A DNA stretch of 64,000 nucleotides from Schmidtea nova (lineage: Eukaryota), in assembly GCA_044892505.1 (NCBI GenBank), contig CM097884.1, forward strand, positions 6,572,001 to 6,636,000, in the 5' to 3' direction. The position numbers and the translations under genes were made by a program. This document shows, in pieces, positions 1-13,410 of this stretch (positions within the stretch are counted from its first letter, which is position 1; each line of letters begins with the position of its first letter). Below the pieces are notes generated by a model, which was not told where the DNA came from, did not search any database, and worked only from the letters and a program-made list of their open reading frames with translations.

Positions 1-263
1 GAGCATTGATATTTCTAATTTCAAAATATTTTCTAGGGGTTTTAAAAGTTAATATGAACGTGTGAATTGTGAGGCTTTGATGATAAAATCATTTAATCCA
101 AAAATAAACATACAAAATGCAATATCTACATGCATTTTGAGAGTTCTTAATTAAGTTTACTAGAGTAAATAAAAGTTTTATTGGATTGTGCATATGTGAT
201 TATGTAATCACTTATAAACATATAAATAAGGTCAGTTTTTATTTTATTGAGATTGTGTAAAGC

Positions 264-297
264 CTGATGATGATAGCTGAGCTGTTGAAATATATTG
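264..297 (+). ncRNA. Hammerhead-ribozyme-like core of Penelope-like-element type (probably degenerate)
   Basis: CTGATGA-T-GATAGC-tga-GCTGTT-GAAA-TATATTG: both conserved core boxes flank a 6-bp stem II with G:U pairs. Stem I pairing is not convincing. Confidence 0.45.
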
Positions 298-1778
298 CAA
301 TAATATATTTAAAAAATGGTGTTCTTTTATTTATTTGAATAAATTGCCATTTTTATTTAATAGTTTAATTAATTAAATAAATTTATATACAATAAATTTA
401 AGTAAATTAAAAGTTCTAAAAAAGTGCCGCAATATCAAAGGAGTGCTCCATAAGAAAGAATGTTATGTAAGAATAATGGGTTTTGATTTAATTGTCGGAT
501 GCACTTTTATTAAATCTCACTCAGGAGACTCTACTAAAAAATTAATACCTAATTCCCAAACAAATTGAAACTTTATTTGCTATCACTAAAACAAAATTGA
601 AGTAGTTTTATCATCAAAAGCTTATTATACAACTCTCAACACAAATTAAACATATCATTGGGAGTCAACATGACTTTGCAAATATTATCTTGTACCATAT
701 AGTTGAGAATTAATTAAATTTTGTGCAAATTAATTAAAAATTTAAAAATTAAAGTTCGAGTATAAAATTGACATATTTGAGAGTGGAAAGGAAAACAGGT
801 AATAATTGAAAATCTAAATGTATATCAAGTAATTTCAAATTGATGAAAGTTCATAGGAGGGTGGCCGGACAAAATGGTTCGGTCAATTTGGTATTCGGAT
901 TAAGCTCTCGATAAAATTTTTACTACCTCCTAAAACATTATGTTACTTAACAAAAGGATAAAAAATAGTGAACTTAACTAAAAGATACCAATAAAAATCG
1001 ACTTTTATGAAATAGATTGACATAAGATAGACTATTTGTTATTAAGAAATTAGTTCGACTAAATTCTTGCAACTTACATATTTAAAACGAAGGCCAATTA
1101 TTAAATAACATTAAGTTTTTTATTGTCAGAAATATGAATCAACAAAATCAATCATCTATGAACGGAAGCAAATGAATCCAATACGCGAGCAATAGTCCGT
1201 AACTCCAACTCATGACTAATCCATTAAATATCCTTGAATTTATCCTTAATCTTTCGCACTAGAAACCTTCGGAGATGTAATTAATTAAATAATTTTAAAA
1301 GTTTATGATTTCATGGTTTAACAATTTTGCAAAATTAATTAAGATTTATCATTTTGGTTAAAAATAGCACTTTGATTAAAGAAAGAGCGTCATGAGATTC
1401 ATAAAAACTAACAGTAAGATTTGTGAAAACGGAAGTTTTCCTAAGAACGACTTAAAGATTTGTAGATTACAGGAGAAAGTTTTTATCTCAGTGATATTTA
1501 TAGCAAAATTGTAAAAGCCTTTGTCAAAAAATTAAAGTTTCAATATTGTTGGGTCCAGGTTATTTTATATGGAACACGTGAAGTCAGACTCAAATTACAT
1601 TCATGAACCGAATCTCTAAGAAGGCTGAGAACCTCGCTAATTCTGAATATGTCATTCTAAACTGCTGATTGTGAAAAATTTAAAATCAACCTTTTTAAAA
1701 ATATTTCTTTACCCCACTTGCCATGAAAATATAAAGAACCACATTAGAGAGTTATTTCTATACAAATAACAAACCGAC

Positions 1779-4700
1779 CTTGAACACATCATCAATTTCC
1801 GCCGCCAGCTTATCCTGTACACTAGGGTTCACAACCAATGAATACAAGATATAGGACATTGCCGTAGAACTCGTGTCATACCCAGCAAATACAAACAAAT
1901 TGGCCTGTGCAATAACTTCTTCCGTGGTCAATTGTTTGGAAGTAATCTTTGGTGTTGGGTTATTTGCAATGGTTTCCTTTTCGTTTTCCAATTTCGAAAG
2001 GTTGTTACTCTCTTCTGCATCCTCATCAATCATTTTTTTATCAGTCACTTCTGAATCTAGAAGCAGCTACAATAGAAAAATAACTAATTAATATTAAAAA
2101 TTGATTTTTAAATTAAATTATTCATTTAAATTAAATTATTAAATAATGAATAATTAATTGTCAATAAAGATTTAATTTTATTGTTAGTTGTTCATTTCGC
2201 ATGAAGGGAGATTCTATAAGTCTAATAAAGATACAATTCATAGAATCTCGCGCATGAGAGTTTCTAAATGACAATTCTCAAGCAGTAAATATGTCCCAAT
2301 TCCCACAAAATATTACTTTGAGAGACTTTGGAAGTTTTCTAAGTTGTGAATTTATATGTTTGTTACTGATTAATTAATAGCGCATAAAACAGGTAAGCTG
2401 TTTCTGCTTAATAATATATAATTAAAATAAACTCACTTGTAATAGATCAAATTGTCGTTCTGAGGATTGCTTGCGAGCGTTGATGATCTGCATTAATGTT
2501 GATCTAATTTTCAACATATTTATCCTTTGATCTAGTCCTCTGTTAAATTTTTCCATCAAATAGATATATACAGATTTGATTTCTGGAAATGTAAGGAGAA
2601 ATGCCATTTTCAATGATGAAAAATTCTGCAAAATATTTCAATTAAATTATTAATTAATTTACCGAAATAAATTTTAATTAAAATAATTAGNNNNNNNNNN
2701 NNNNNNNNNNNNNNNNNNNNNNNNNNNNNNNNNNNNNNNNNNNNNNNNNNNNNNNNNNNNNNNNNNNNNNNNNNNNNNNNNNNNNNNNNNNNNNNNNNNN
2801 NNNNNNNNNNNNNNNNNNNNNNNNNNNNNNNNNNNNNNNNNNNNNNNNAGCAGCATTAAGTATTAACCCCTTAACGCACGTTTTCTTTTGATACGACGGC
2901 AAAAATAAATCATTTTTTATTTATGCAGCTTTTTTTCGGACTTCTTTTTCATAAATTTATTACACTGCCCGAGATATAATCGTTAGTGAATCTTAAACAA
3001 AACTTTATATTTCGTAAACCCGAGTCTCTCTCGGGAATGCACAAATTTGCCAGTAACACTTAACCGAGTTACGCTTTAAGGAGTTACGCGTTAAGGAGTT
3101 AAATTAATTAATAAATAACCAAATAAGCCTTGCTGCAAAAACAATATTATTATATGAGAAAATTGTTTTTGCAGCAAAGGCTTATTTTGTTAGTTANNNN
3201 NNNNNNNNNNNNNNNNNNNNNNNNNNNNNNNNNNNNNNNNNNNNNNNNNNNNNNNNNNNNNNNNNNNNNNNNNNNNNNNNNNNNNNNNNNNNNNNNNNNN
3301 NNNNNNNNNNNNNNNNNNNNNNNNNNNNNNNNNNNNNNACAATATATTTCGAGAACTTAATTCTCTTCATCAGGTGCTACCCAAACTTACATTCAAATAT
3401 AAATCAAATAAATCGATTTTTTCAAACAAATTAGTATTAATTTTTAAAATAAAATATATATTTTAAATTTCATATTGTAGTCAACAAATTTAAATCGATT
3501 AAATAATAATAATAATAATAATGTTCAATTTATATTTGTAAGTTGGCTGTTATTTTCAAAATTCAATATTACCCTACACAAAAACTTTTATTTGAGTTTA
3601 ACACAAAATCTACAATTCTAAATTACACTTTTCTTTATCTGATCTTTCCAGAATTAGCGGCAAGTATACCCAAATGGAGATCGCCCTTTTTGTTACACAA
3701 TAATTAATTTGATTTGGTGATATTATTTTACACTTTCTAATATACCAACCTCTTCGTTAATTCTGAATCTGTGACAACAAATTTGTTATCTTCGACCAAT
3801 TAGCAATTTGTTGAGTGTTTTGATTTCGTATATAGGGTTCCCATTAAATCTTAATGGGAGAATTTCCTACGAATCTCCAAAATAACACACTTGATAAAGG
3901 CTGTGCCGAAATATTGTGTATTTATTTAAAGAAATTTTGATCAATAGTCATTCATTATGGGAATTATTGATATTAAAAATAATTATGTTGAGATTGTTTA
4001 GATTCGAGTAAAAAAAAGTGAAATACACAAAAAATTGTACATGGAACGATAGAAAGGATAGATTCGTAAAAATTTAATAATTAACAAAAAAAGTACAAAA
4101 ATTAATTAAAATTTTGGAAAAATTAAAATTAAGATTTTCTGGGGAAACGTGTATAAGCGGATGCCTAACGATGAGACAAGAACAAATATAATAATATAAA
4201 ATCAATAATAGGGCCCCAGAAAAAATTTTTATGAAAATACAAATTAATTACAAATTATAAATCAACTTAATTGGCTAATGACAAACACGAGTTAATAAAG
4301 AACTCTAGTGGTAATTAAAAATAATGAATTAATTAAATTGTAGTAAAAGCGTTAGACCTGGCTGATCGAGAAAAATAACAAAATTAGGAGATTACGGAGG
4401 TGCAACAATAATCGAAAGAGCTCCATTTTTAGATTATTTTTAGAAGGATTCTTAAAGCAGCATAATTTAATTATTGTGTTGTTTTAGAAAGCGATTCCAA
4501 AATTTGCAAATTACAAGATAGTCAAAAATAAATTTTCAAAGTGATTAAATAAATTCGAAAAAGTCAGAATAAAACGCATAAAGCAGAGAATATCAGCCAA
4601 ATCAAATGAATCATACCCCGGCCTACCAAAAGTTTCCAGTCAGGCAGTTATTTACATATTGCATTTGCAAATATGAACAGCTATGGAAACAAAGGTCAAC

Positions 4701-7700
4701 AACACCTTCAACATGCTGCATGCGCACATGTACACACATACAGAATATGACTACGCACACCAGACACACAACAGTGATAACAGTGAGTCATGTTAATGAA
4801 GGATTGTCATTTTCTTAAAATATGGCTACTCGGAGAGAGCTTACAAACTTTCAGAAAGGCATTATTTACGGATGTTATCTTTGTGGAAAAAGTCAGAGGG
4901 AAACTGCTGCATTGACTGGCCATCCCAAAGGAACTATTAACTACTTCCTGAGAAAGTACCACCAGGAGCAGACACATGTAAACAAGCAACGTTCAGGGCA
5001 CCCTAAACTTCTGAGCATCCGTACACAACGGCAACTGAAAGGATTTGTGGTGGCTCATCATCGGTTCCCCCTGTCCAAGTTAGTGTCCACATTTAACACT
5101 GGCCCTGTGCATGCCAGCATGCCTACCATTCGTTGAGCATTATATTTTCATGATTTCTATGGCATATACTGCGCAAGGAAACCTTTGATTACAAAAACAA
5201 TTCATCGTGTTCGCTTGAAGTGGTGCCAGGAGAGAAGGATTTGGACAGCAGAAAAATAGTGTTTAGTCATTTGGAGTGATGGATCACATTTCACTCTTTT
5301 CAAATGTGATGGACAGCACTTCTGCTGGCGTCGTGTATAAGAACGATGTTATTTTGACTGCATTCAGCCAACTGTGAAATATGGAGGAGGCTCCATCATG
5401 TTTTGGAGTCTTTTATCAGCTCGTGGAACTGCCCATCTAGTGAAGTGCAGCAATCACATGATGTCAGTGGAATACAGTGCCATTCTGGAAAATGAGCTTG
5501 TTCTCTTTTTCCTAGAAATTGAGGGGCTCATTTTCCAACAGGATAAAGCACCAATCCATACTTCGCACATTCTGAAGAATATATTTCTGCAGCACAGCAT
5601 CACCGATTTGGATTGGGTTCCACAAAGCCCTGATCTGAATCCTATTGAGTTTCTGTGGGGCGTCCTTAGTAGACGAGTTAGCAAAAAGATTCCCATTGCC
5701 CTTAACGCCTCCGAACTAAAAACACATCTGCATGAGGAATGTTCACACATCTCCCTTGATTTCCTGGCAAAAGTGGTCGATAGAATACCTAAACAAGTGC
5801 GCCTTGTTATCCAGATAAAAGGTAATATAACGAAGTACTAACTCTCTCAGCACTTCAGACATTCAGTATTCGTGTGTGTTTGTGACTTTGTGTACCAGAA
5901 AAAGGGATATTTCGTTAGAAAAAAAGAGTAGATAAAGAAAAAAGTGTTATTGAGAATTTTAGATTTTGTTTTGAACTCAAATAAAAGTTATTGTGTTGGG
6001 TACAAGGAGTCAAAAGATTTATACCGACTTAAAAAGAAATACATCAATTATATTAATCATTAAACAGAATCAGTATAGGGTACTTTTCCTACTTCTCCTG
6101 CCATCATCTTTGTCTATGATAATTAAATTTATTATCAAATTTCTCTTCCAAGTAATTGGATTTATTAACAATCTACCGCTCTGGCTCTCCATGTCGTTCG
6201 GGTTTCCCATTAGTTCGTTGCTTTTATTAACTCTAGTTTTCCACTACCTCAGAGAATTGAATTTTTCTGACAACTCGGGTTTTCCATTAGGCAATTAATT
6301 AGTTTGTATTTTTAATATTTATTTTTGAAGACCCCCGTTGATTTTCTATTTTTATAATTGAATTCGTCTCATAATTTGGCATCGCCCATATCAGTTTCCC
6401 CGAAAAATATTTATTTTTAATTTTTAAGATTTTAATTAATTTTTGCACTTCATTCATTGCTTTTTGAATTTTGTTGTTTTATTGATTTAAATTTAGTTTT
6501 CTGTGCATTTATTTTATTTTTTCTNNNNNNNNNNNNNNNNNNNNNNNNNNNNNNNNNNNNNNNNNNNNNNNNNNNNNNNNNNNNNNNNNNNNNNNNNNNN
6601 NNNNNNNNNNNNNNNNNNNNNNNNNNNNNNNNNNNNNNNNNNNNNNNNNNNNNNNNNNNNNNNNNNNNNNNNNNNNNNNNNNNNNNNNNNNNNNNNNNNN
6701 NNNNNNNNNNNNNNNNNNNNNNNNNNNNNNNNNNNNNNNNNNNNNNNNNNNNNNNNNNNNNNNNNNNNNNNNNNNNNNNNNNNNNNNNNNNNNNNNNNNN
6801 NNNNNNNNNNNNNNNNNNNNNNNNNNNNNNNNNNNNNNNNNNNNNNNNNNNNNNNNNNNNNNNNNNNNNNNNNNNNNNNNNNNNNNNNNNNNNNNNNNNN
6901 NNNNNNNNNNNNNNNNNNNNNNNNNNNNNNNNNNNNNNNNNNNAATTACAATATTGATCAGTATGTACTCAATTGGACTTTAGCCATTTAATCAATGAAG
7001 TGTGAACTGTTTTGTGTAGCACTTGTGAATATAAAATTATAGATTTAAAATAAATTGTCATTCAATACTTCAATAAAAGTCTTACAGTTCCACCAAGAAA
7101 AGCCTTCAAAGAAACAATGAATGGATCATTGGCATTTAACTGACAGTTGGTCTCAATACCAAACACGCATTTACAAATGATATCCATAGTCAATCTCTGC
7201 ATTACATCCATAATTTCTATACTTTCGACCTTCTTGTTAGTTTCACCTTGAAGTTTTGACACGAGAACTTTAATTGACTCGTCAATCAGAGGTAACATTC
7301 GACGCATTTTAGAGTCAGAAAAGGCTGGATTAATAGCTGTTCTTAGTCGTTTCCAACGTTTACCTCTCGCAAAAAACATATTTACCTAAAAAAAATAATA
7401 ACAATAGGGATTTTTCTCAATAACCTTTTCATCTTCATCGGGATTTTTTTGGAAAGGAAACAATTTTCTGCCATGAAAATTACTGAACTGTCTCACCAGC
7501 ACGTCTTGTATGATATCCGGATCGGCAATCACAACATTTGGGGTTGGGCCTTCAAAATAAACAAAAACCTTTCCGTATTTTTGTTCCCATTTATTAAATA
7601 GCTCGTAGAAAATATTGTTTCTGTATTCAATCAAATTTCCGAAAATGAAATTCGGCGGGGGACCTGAAATGTTATATTGACTAAATACCGAAATTCTCCT

Positions 7701-7760
7701 CCGGCGATATATATAAAATAGCGAGCAAAAAATCACGATCAGAGAAATAAAAATAAACAT
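1779..7760 (-). CDS. Cytochrome P450, clan 3 (CYP3/6/9-like), 5' four exons; 3' part not found in window
   Basis: Exons 7760-7425, 7385-7086, 2625-2437 and 2066-1779 join in frame through phase-0 GT-AG introns (first intron 39 nt, 7424-7386). The product has an N-terminal TM anchor, proline hinge GPPPNFIFGNL, WKRLR (C-helix), DLLQ|LLLDSE and I-helix FVFAGYDTSS. K-helix ExxR and heme FxxGxRxC exons were not seen in 1-1778. Confidence 0.92.
2867..3098. mobile_element. piggyBac-type MITE in P450 intron 2
   Basis: TTAA at 2863-2866 and 3099-3102; terminal inverted repeats CCCCTTAACGC / reverse complement CTCCTTAACGC; 232 bp, non-coding. Confidence 0.75.
3340..3376 (-). ncRNA. Hammerhead-ribozyme-like core of Penelope-like-element type
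   Basis: Minus strand CCTGATGA-A-GAGAA-ttaag-TTCTC-GAAA-TATATTG: perfect 5-bp stem II and the same TATATTG tail as 264-297. The remainder falls in the N gap. Confidence 0.55.
3885..3975 (+). repeat. Dispersed Penelope-like terminal repeat (CTTGATAAAGGC-TGT-GCCGAAATATTG)
   Basis: Same sequence occurs twice in the 44499-44696 palindrome, and its downstream tail occurs at 16541-16616. Confidence 0.55.
4822..5841 (+). pseudogene. Tc1-family DD34E transposase pseudogene in P450 intron 2
   Basis: Single frame of ~339 codons with in-frame stops at 5134, 5257 and 5338. Motifs: paired-like HTH, RSGHP, ARKPL, WSD, KYGGGSIMFW, QQD-(34 aa)-E in SPDLNPIE. TIRs not identified. Confidence 0.93.
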
Positions 7761-7919
7761 TGCCGAGTTTGGTTTGTGAGTTTAATTTATAAATTGTTCC
7801 AAAATATAAATAATCTCAAATTAGACAAGTAAAACAAAATAAAATGAAATAATAACATTTGAATTGGATTAAATTTGTTTTAAAATATATAATATGCAAA
7901 TTGGTGAATTAGAACGGGA

Positions 7920-9374
7920 TGGACATGGAATCATTTGAAAAAATAATTTAAATATTTATGATGCAATTCCAGAAAAAAGATCTACAATAAAAAATCATAA
8001 TTGAGGGAAACATCAATTAACCCGGATTCTTTGACCTACATTTTTGAAAAAGTTAAGAAGGTAAATACACTCATACTTCGCTATACGGCTGCTCTTTATA
8101 CGGTTTTTCGCTATAACGGCCTACTTTAATTACGGCACTTTTTGAATTTACGGCCTAAAATGTTTCGTTATACGGCCAAAAAAAGTGTGAAAAAAAGGTG
8201 CGAAAAAAAACATGAATGTACATATTTTCAAAACGAAATTTTATTAATTTGAGTACAAAGAGAAAAACATGGATGTACATATTTTCTTGCGTTGTCGCCA
8301 CAGTGTAGTTTACATAGAAGTTTATGTATTCTTAAAAGTAGACGTGTTTATTCTTGTTTGGTAAATCTTGTTTGTTTATTTTTTATTACTATTTATATAA
8401 AGTGGAAAATTTGAATCGTTATGATTCGTTATGCGGCGTTTCGCTTTGCGACCAACTTTCCTGGAACGTATCTAGGCCGTAAAGCGAGGTATGAGTGTAA
8501 TTGATTTTTATGCATTGTTTTGAAGAAGATGATTTGACTTGTAATCACATAAATTAAAAAGAAATAAAAAAGAGAAATGTTAAAGAAATTGAAAAAGTCA
8601 ATTCAATAAACAAAATAAATTTAACATTTGAAAAAACAAATTCATTATTGTGATAGGAAAAATAAATAAAAATAAAATTCAATATTTATATTATTAAATA
8701 AATTTCTGGGAAATACTCACGTGAGAAGTATTGCTATTGAACGGCACACCTAATGGTGCTATTGTGGATTTGTCTGCAAATTGCACTGCCAGTAAATCAA
8801 TAAACAAATACTCAAATATTCTGGATCTCAATTTATGTGCGCAAAACAATAAATTCAAATAAGCAAAATATATTTGTGCTCCTAAATATTCTATTTAAAC
8901 AATGTGAAATACGAATTCTGCCATTAATGAAACATTTTTATAAATCCAAAAGCAATGTAAAAAGTAAAAAGTAATTTGTTAATTTGTTTTTTTGATATTT
9001 ATTAAATTTCATCTTATTAATTTCATTAATCTTGTTATATAATTATTTCATTTTTAAAATTTTATGCATTTCAGTTTTATAATGAGATTTAATTGATAGT
9101 TGATATGATGAAATCAGGAACAGTTGGGACATGAAACGGTCTTTTGAGAACTATAGCTTATATATAAATATCAGTAATATAAAACAGTGCAATCCTTCAA
9201 TAGAACTTATTACCGTATGCTCCCAGTGATTTGGCATGGATAAATCAAAAGAAAGGAACATCAAATTTGATTCCGAAATCCCACAAAACGTGACATATTC
9301 TGGTGAAAATAATACCGGAATCGCTTTAATTTGTGGATTTATAATATGAAAGTATTACCAATTAACATCTTTAA
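7920..9374 (+). repeat. Dispersed repeat of unknown class, left part (inverted paralogue at ~45484-46485)
   Basis: Long co-linear similarity to the reverse complement of 45484-46485 (e.g. GATGCAATTCCAG, GGCACACCTAATGGTGCTATTGTGG, CCCACAAAACGTGACATATTCTGGTG). Continues at 22854-23330. Confidence 0.85.
8068..8497. mobile_element. Tc1/mariner-superfamily (pogo/Tigger-like) MITE
   Basis: TIRs CACTCATACTTCGCTATACGGC / CACTCATACCTCGCTTTACGGC with TA duplication (8066-8067, 8498-8499). The paralogue near 46345 shows the empty site (gataaa-TA-aatgattttt). Confidence 0.88.
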
Positions 9375-10249
9375 CCGATTGGAGACGCATGACATACATA
9401 TACAATAAATTGATGTCTGCCAACTAGCCGGATGACGTATATATACGCAGGTCACTTTCTACGCACACACAAACGTTTATTATTTGAAACATGACTACAT
9501 ATGGAAATTATTTCAGCAAAGTTTTGTGATAAGTACTTTAATACGGCACTTTTCGGTGAAATAACGTCTCATGAATCAATGAATGAACAATAACTGAATA
9601 AATGTACTATTTGTGCAAACATAGAGAAGTAAGCATACGTCTATGCATCCTTAAATCTTTTGTCGCTAAGTACCTTCGTTATATAGTAGTAGTAAGTGCA
9701 CATTCGACAGGATTTCCGTACACACAGCTAACTGCTGTTTCTAGCACGTATAAATACCTACTGTGCTGGATATGAGTAGTAGGAGGAAGTGAGCGTTATA
9801 ATTATACAGTTTACCACAATATTTTTTTACAGTATTATATATTACTTTCGTAATAAAATTACTAAAGATATATCTAAATAAAAATTAAAAATAGAAATTT
9901 TTATAAGAAATCAATTAAATGTAAAATCAAATTAATAAAAAATTACTTACATAGTAATATCATTTTAAATAGAAAACACTTTACCAATAATAAAAATAAT
10001 TAAATGAATTACAAATATAAGTTTAAAAAAAAGCAATTTAATAGGAAATATTTGCAATGTAATATTATTATTTTAATTAAGAGACAATAAAAGTAATAAT
10101 TAAACATGAATTTCAAAGTTGAAATAATAAAAAGTCCCCGGGAAATATAATATAATTTCTAATTAAAAACAAACAAACTGTAATGACTATTTTATTTTAT
10201 AAAACAATCATTCAATATCAAGCAAAAACTCTAGAAATTCTGCATCTGT

Positions 10250-10545
10250 AATCAATATAGATCAATAGTCATTGCATGATATTCTAGAGTTTTTATTCAA
10301 AGAATAACTATTTTACCACTGGGAAACACATAAACACATAATGAATTAAATTTCAGCACTCTCAAACCAGGGGAATATTTCTGGTTCATAAATACAATTG
10401 GTTTTTCTTGTCAATTCATTTAAATCAAGTCTCAATCCAATGTCAACAGTTTCGGTAAGTGATTGTAATTGAATAACTTTTATTTTGTATGGCAAATCCC
10501 CAATTAACAATGGTTGTTTACACCCCATTATTCCCTGGCATCAAT
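10250..10545 (-). pseudogene. TBP-like (TATA-binding-protein fold) gene fragment, copy 1
   Basis: IMGCKQPL...VDIGLRLDLNEL...YEPEIFP, then after a frameshift LCVYVFPSGKIVIL; matches the TBP second-repeat motifs YEPELFPGL and LIFVSGKVVLTG. Confidence 0.75.
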
Positions 10546-11509
10546 AATTAAAGAAAATTAATTAGAATTTGAATTGTAAACGTATAATCAATTATTAAAA
10601 CTAAATCAATTTAGAATAATTATGATAATAAATATTAATTTATTTTTTAATAAAAAACTAATCGATTTAAAGTACGTGGTAATAAATTTATCACATTAAA
10701 TACTTGTTATTAAAAATTTTAATCAACCAAAACAAAAAATTATTATGAAAAGACAAGATTTGAGAAATAAAATTAATTCACGTATATTTGTTTTGATAAT
10801 TTTCCAAACAGGTTTGACTACATGATTAGATTCTTTGAAGCCTTGAATCTTTATCTAAATTTTATATATCGAATTTTCATCAGAATTTTTCAAATTGCAA
10901 TCTTTATTGCAATTCATATAGGTAAAAGCTTCATTAAATTGTATTTCTTTGTTGATTGCAAACAAAATTTCTGAAATATTTCTTCTGTCAATATCTCCAT
11001 TTTTCAAACTTGAAGATTGTTCATACATTGTTTCAATGTAACTGGTTCCTATAAAGAAATTATTAGAAATTGATTTTAATTAAATAAATTTATAATTTAA
11101 ATGAATAAATGATAAGAAATTTCAAATATTTCATCTAGTAATGCAGAAATCAAACTGCCGGATTCCTAACCAAATTTGCTGCCTAAATAAAATTTTCTTG
11201 AAGAATAATTTTCATAACTTCTTATTTCAACATCGGTTTGTTTGAAGATTCTAGAATAAAATATTAAAAATAATCATTTAAAATTAATTAAACCTACTTT
11301 TAAGTTGATACATTTTTTAATGAACTCTGTATATTATTAATCATTTATATATGTTTTCATAATTTAAAATTAACCAACCAGATTTCGTTTAACATTTTAA
11401 TTAATTTTTATTTATCGATATTTATGTGTGCAGATACACACTTTATTTTAATATATGATAATTAATTATTTTTGCAAAGTCTTTTAATAAGCATATTATA
11501 TCCAAAATA

Positions 11510-11690
11510 CTGTAATGCATCGATTCATGAACTAAACTGTCACAATTCGATTAAAAGTTACTACTCCCACATTCATAACCGCATCACATACCGGATTTGC
11601 CCTTTGTGTAAAATAAATTAGTCATTCTTCTTTTAGCGACTTTTATAATTTTCATAAGAAATATTTGAATCAAATTTAATGTTCCAAAAA
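11510..11690 (+). pseudogene. Decayed homologue of the Maverick PolB N-terminal Cys/His region
   Basis: YCNASIHELNCHNSIKSYYSHIHNRITYRICPLCKIN aligns with YCNSTLHNYCHQIMEKYYSYKYSRVTFLICPICKIN at ~34830-34730 (minus). Confidence 0.65.
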
Positions 11691-11827
11691 TAGATCTTTA
11701 AAATCAAAACATAGTAATAATAAAAATAATAATAATAATAATAACAATAATTCACTGAAAAAAAATTTTAAAGTGAAAATCAATAAAGATTTAAGTTAAA
11801 TTTGTTATTGCCAATTATATTCACTAT

Positions 11828-12170
11828 CAGAACTTTTCCACTAGAACCTTAGTAGCAGAACCTTGGTAGCAAAACGTTGGTAGAAGAACCTCTTTTGTGA
11901 TGGTTTTGTGTGCAAAAGCTTCAAACTGTATATTTTCACTCATTTACCATTATTGTAAGATTTTCATCAGTTTTATTCGGTAAAAGAACTCTTTTAGCAG
12001 AACCTTGGTAGAAGAACCTCTTTTGTGATGGTTTTGTCTGCAAAAGAATTATACTATATATTTTTCGCTCATATATCAATCAATTATTTCCAGTATCAGA
12101 ACCTTTCTAACAGAACCTTGATAGCAGAACCTCTTTTGTGATGGTCTTAATCTGTAAAAGCTTCATACTA
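11828..12170 (+). repeat. Composite tandem repeat (AGAACCTTGGTAGC subunits followed by TGTGATGGTTTTGT-TGCAAAAGCTTCA)
   Basis: Three copies near 11880, 12010 and 12125; related copies at ~18815-18900 and ~20415-20495. Confidence 0.75.
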
Positions 12171-12897
12171 TCATACGATATCTTATGGATAAATAGGTGT
12201 GTGATGGAGCTTTAAAAATGTTTTTAAAAGAATTGATATACTGGGTCCCGTAAATTATACCATTTCGAATATGGATGTCAACGGGAATAGATCTCCATGT
12301 TGCTTCATTGAATGATTTATAGGCGATTGATATTGAACTAATGATAGATAAATATCTAAAGGAATAAAATAAAACTAATGGTAAACTGTTTCAAATGACA
12401 AAACGTATAATGAAAATGTCAATTAGGATGGGAATTTCTCAAGGGTAAAATAGTGAGAATTATTAAAATGAAATTATAAATATAAAATATATTGAAAGGT
12501 AGTAATTCAGATGAGAAATTTTACTGAAAGTTATTTCTTACGGAAGATATATTCAAATTGAGGAATTATAATTGGAAAGTCAAGAAAAATGATGTTATTC
12601 ATATGATTGAAAATATTTTTCAGAGTGATGACATATAATGAAAAAATAACTTTATTGGTGAAAAATTTAATTCAAAAGTTTCTTTCGGGTTTTAAACAAT
12701 TACATTTAAAAACAGAATTTTATGGAATATTTTTATTATCATCTGATTTAGAGAAAACTACTTGTAGTTGATGTTCATTTTTGATATAAAATAATGTATC
12801 TAATTTAGTTGTCAATTGTAAAGAGTCATCCAATCAAATTCGAGTATTTATCAAAAGAAAATACTATAAATACCACATCTTTGAAAATATAAATCAA

Positions 12898-13410
12898 ATG
12901 TTGTGCAATATAAATTATAAAGCTAAATGTTTAGTTCACAGTATGATATTCCCGAGCGTAAAGCCATAACAAGGTGTAGATAGAAGCAGAAAGTATCCCA
13001 TTGTATTTTTCAGATCAAGGAACTGTTGGATAATGGGATGTAAACAACCATTGTTAATTGGAGATTTACCTTAAAAAATAAAAGATATTCAATAACAATT
13101 ACTTACCGTAACTGTTGACATTTGATTGAGAATTGATTTAAATGAATTGACAAGAAAAACCAATTGTATTTATGAACCAGAAATATTCTCCTAGCTTGAG
13201 AGTGCTGAAATTTAATCCATTATGTGTTAATATATTTCCTAATAGTAAAATATTCTTGGAATATTCTTGGATATTATTAAAATTGTATATTATTGTATAT
13301 TATTATAAAATATTCTTGGAATAAAAACTTTAGAATATCATGCTTTGGTTGATGAAATTGTAACCTACATAAGATCAATGATTATTGATCCTATATTGAT
13401 GACAGATGCA
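12898..13410 (+). pseudogene. TBP-like gene, copy 2 (near full length, multiple stops and frameshifts)
   Basis: MLCNINYKAKC...FPSVKP*QGVDRSRKYPIVFFRS..C.IMGCKQPL...YEPEIF...LKFNPLCVNIFPNSKI..ILGIKTLEYHALVDEI; CCAAT at 12830 and TATAAATA at 12865 upstream. Confidence 0.75.

Noticed and set aside
1-1778. Expected 3' P450 exons (ExxR, PERF, heme motif)
   Set aside because: No such motifs found on the minus strand in the segments translated; they probably lie left of the window.
5993-6298. 101-aa hydrophobic ORF
   Set aside because: GTG start, AT-driven composition and no recognisable motif.
10780-11313. Possible spliced minus-strand gene with short introns
   Set aside because: Splice phases did not give a continuous frame, and stops are present.
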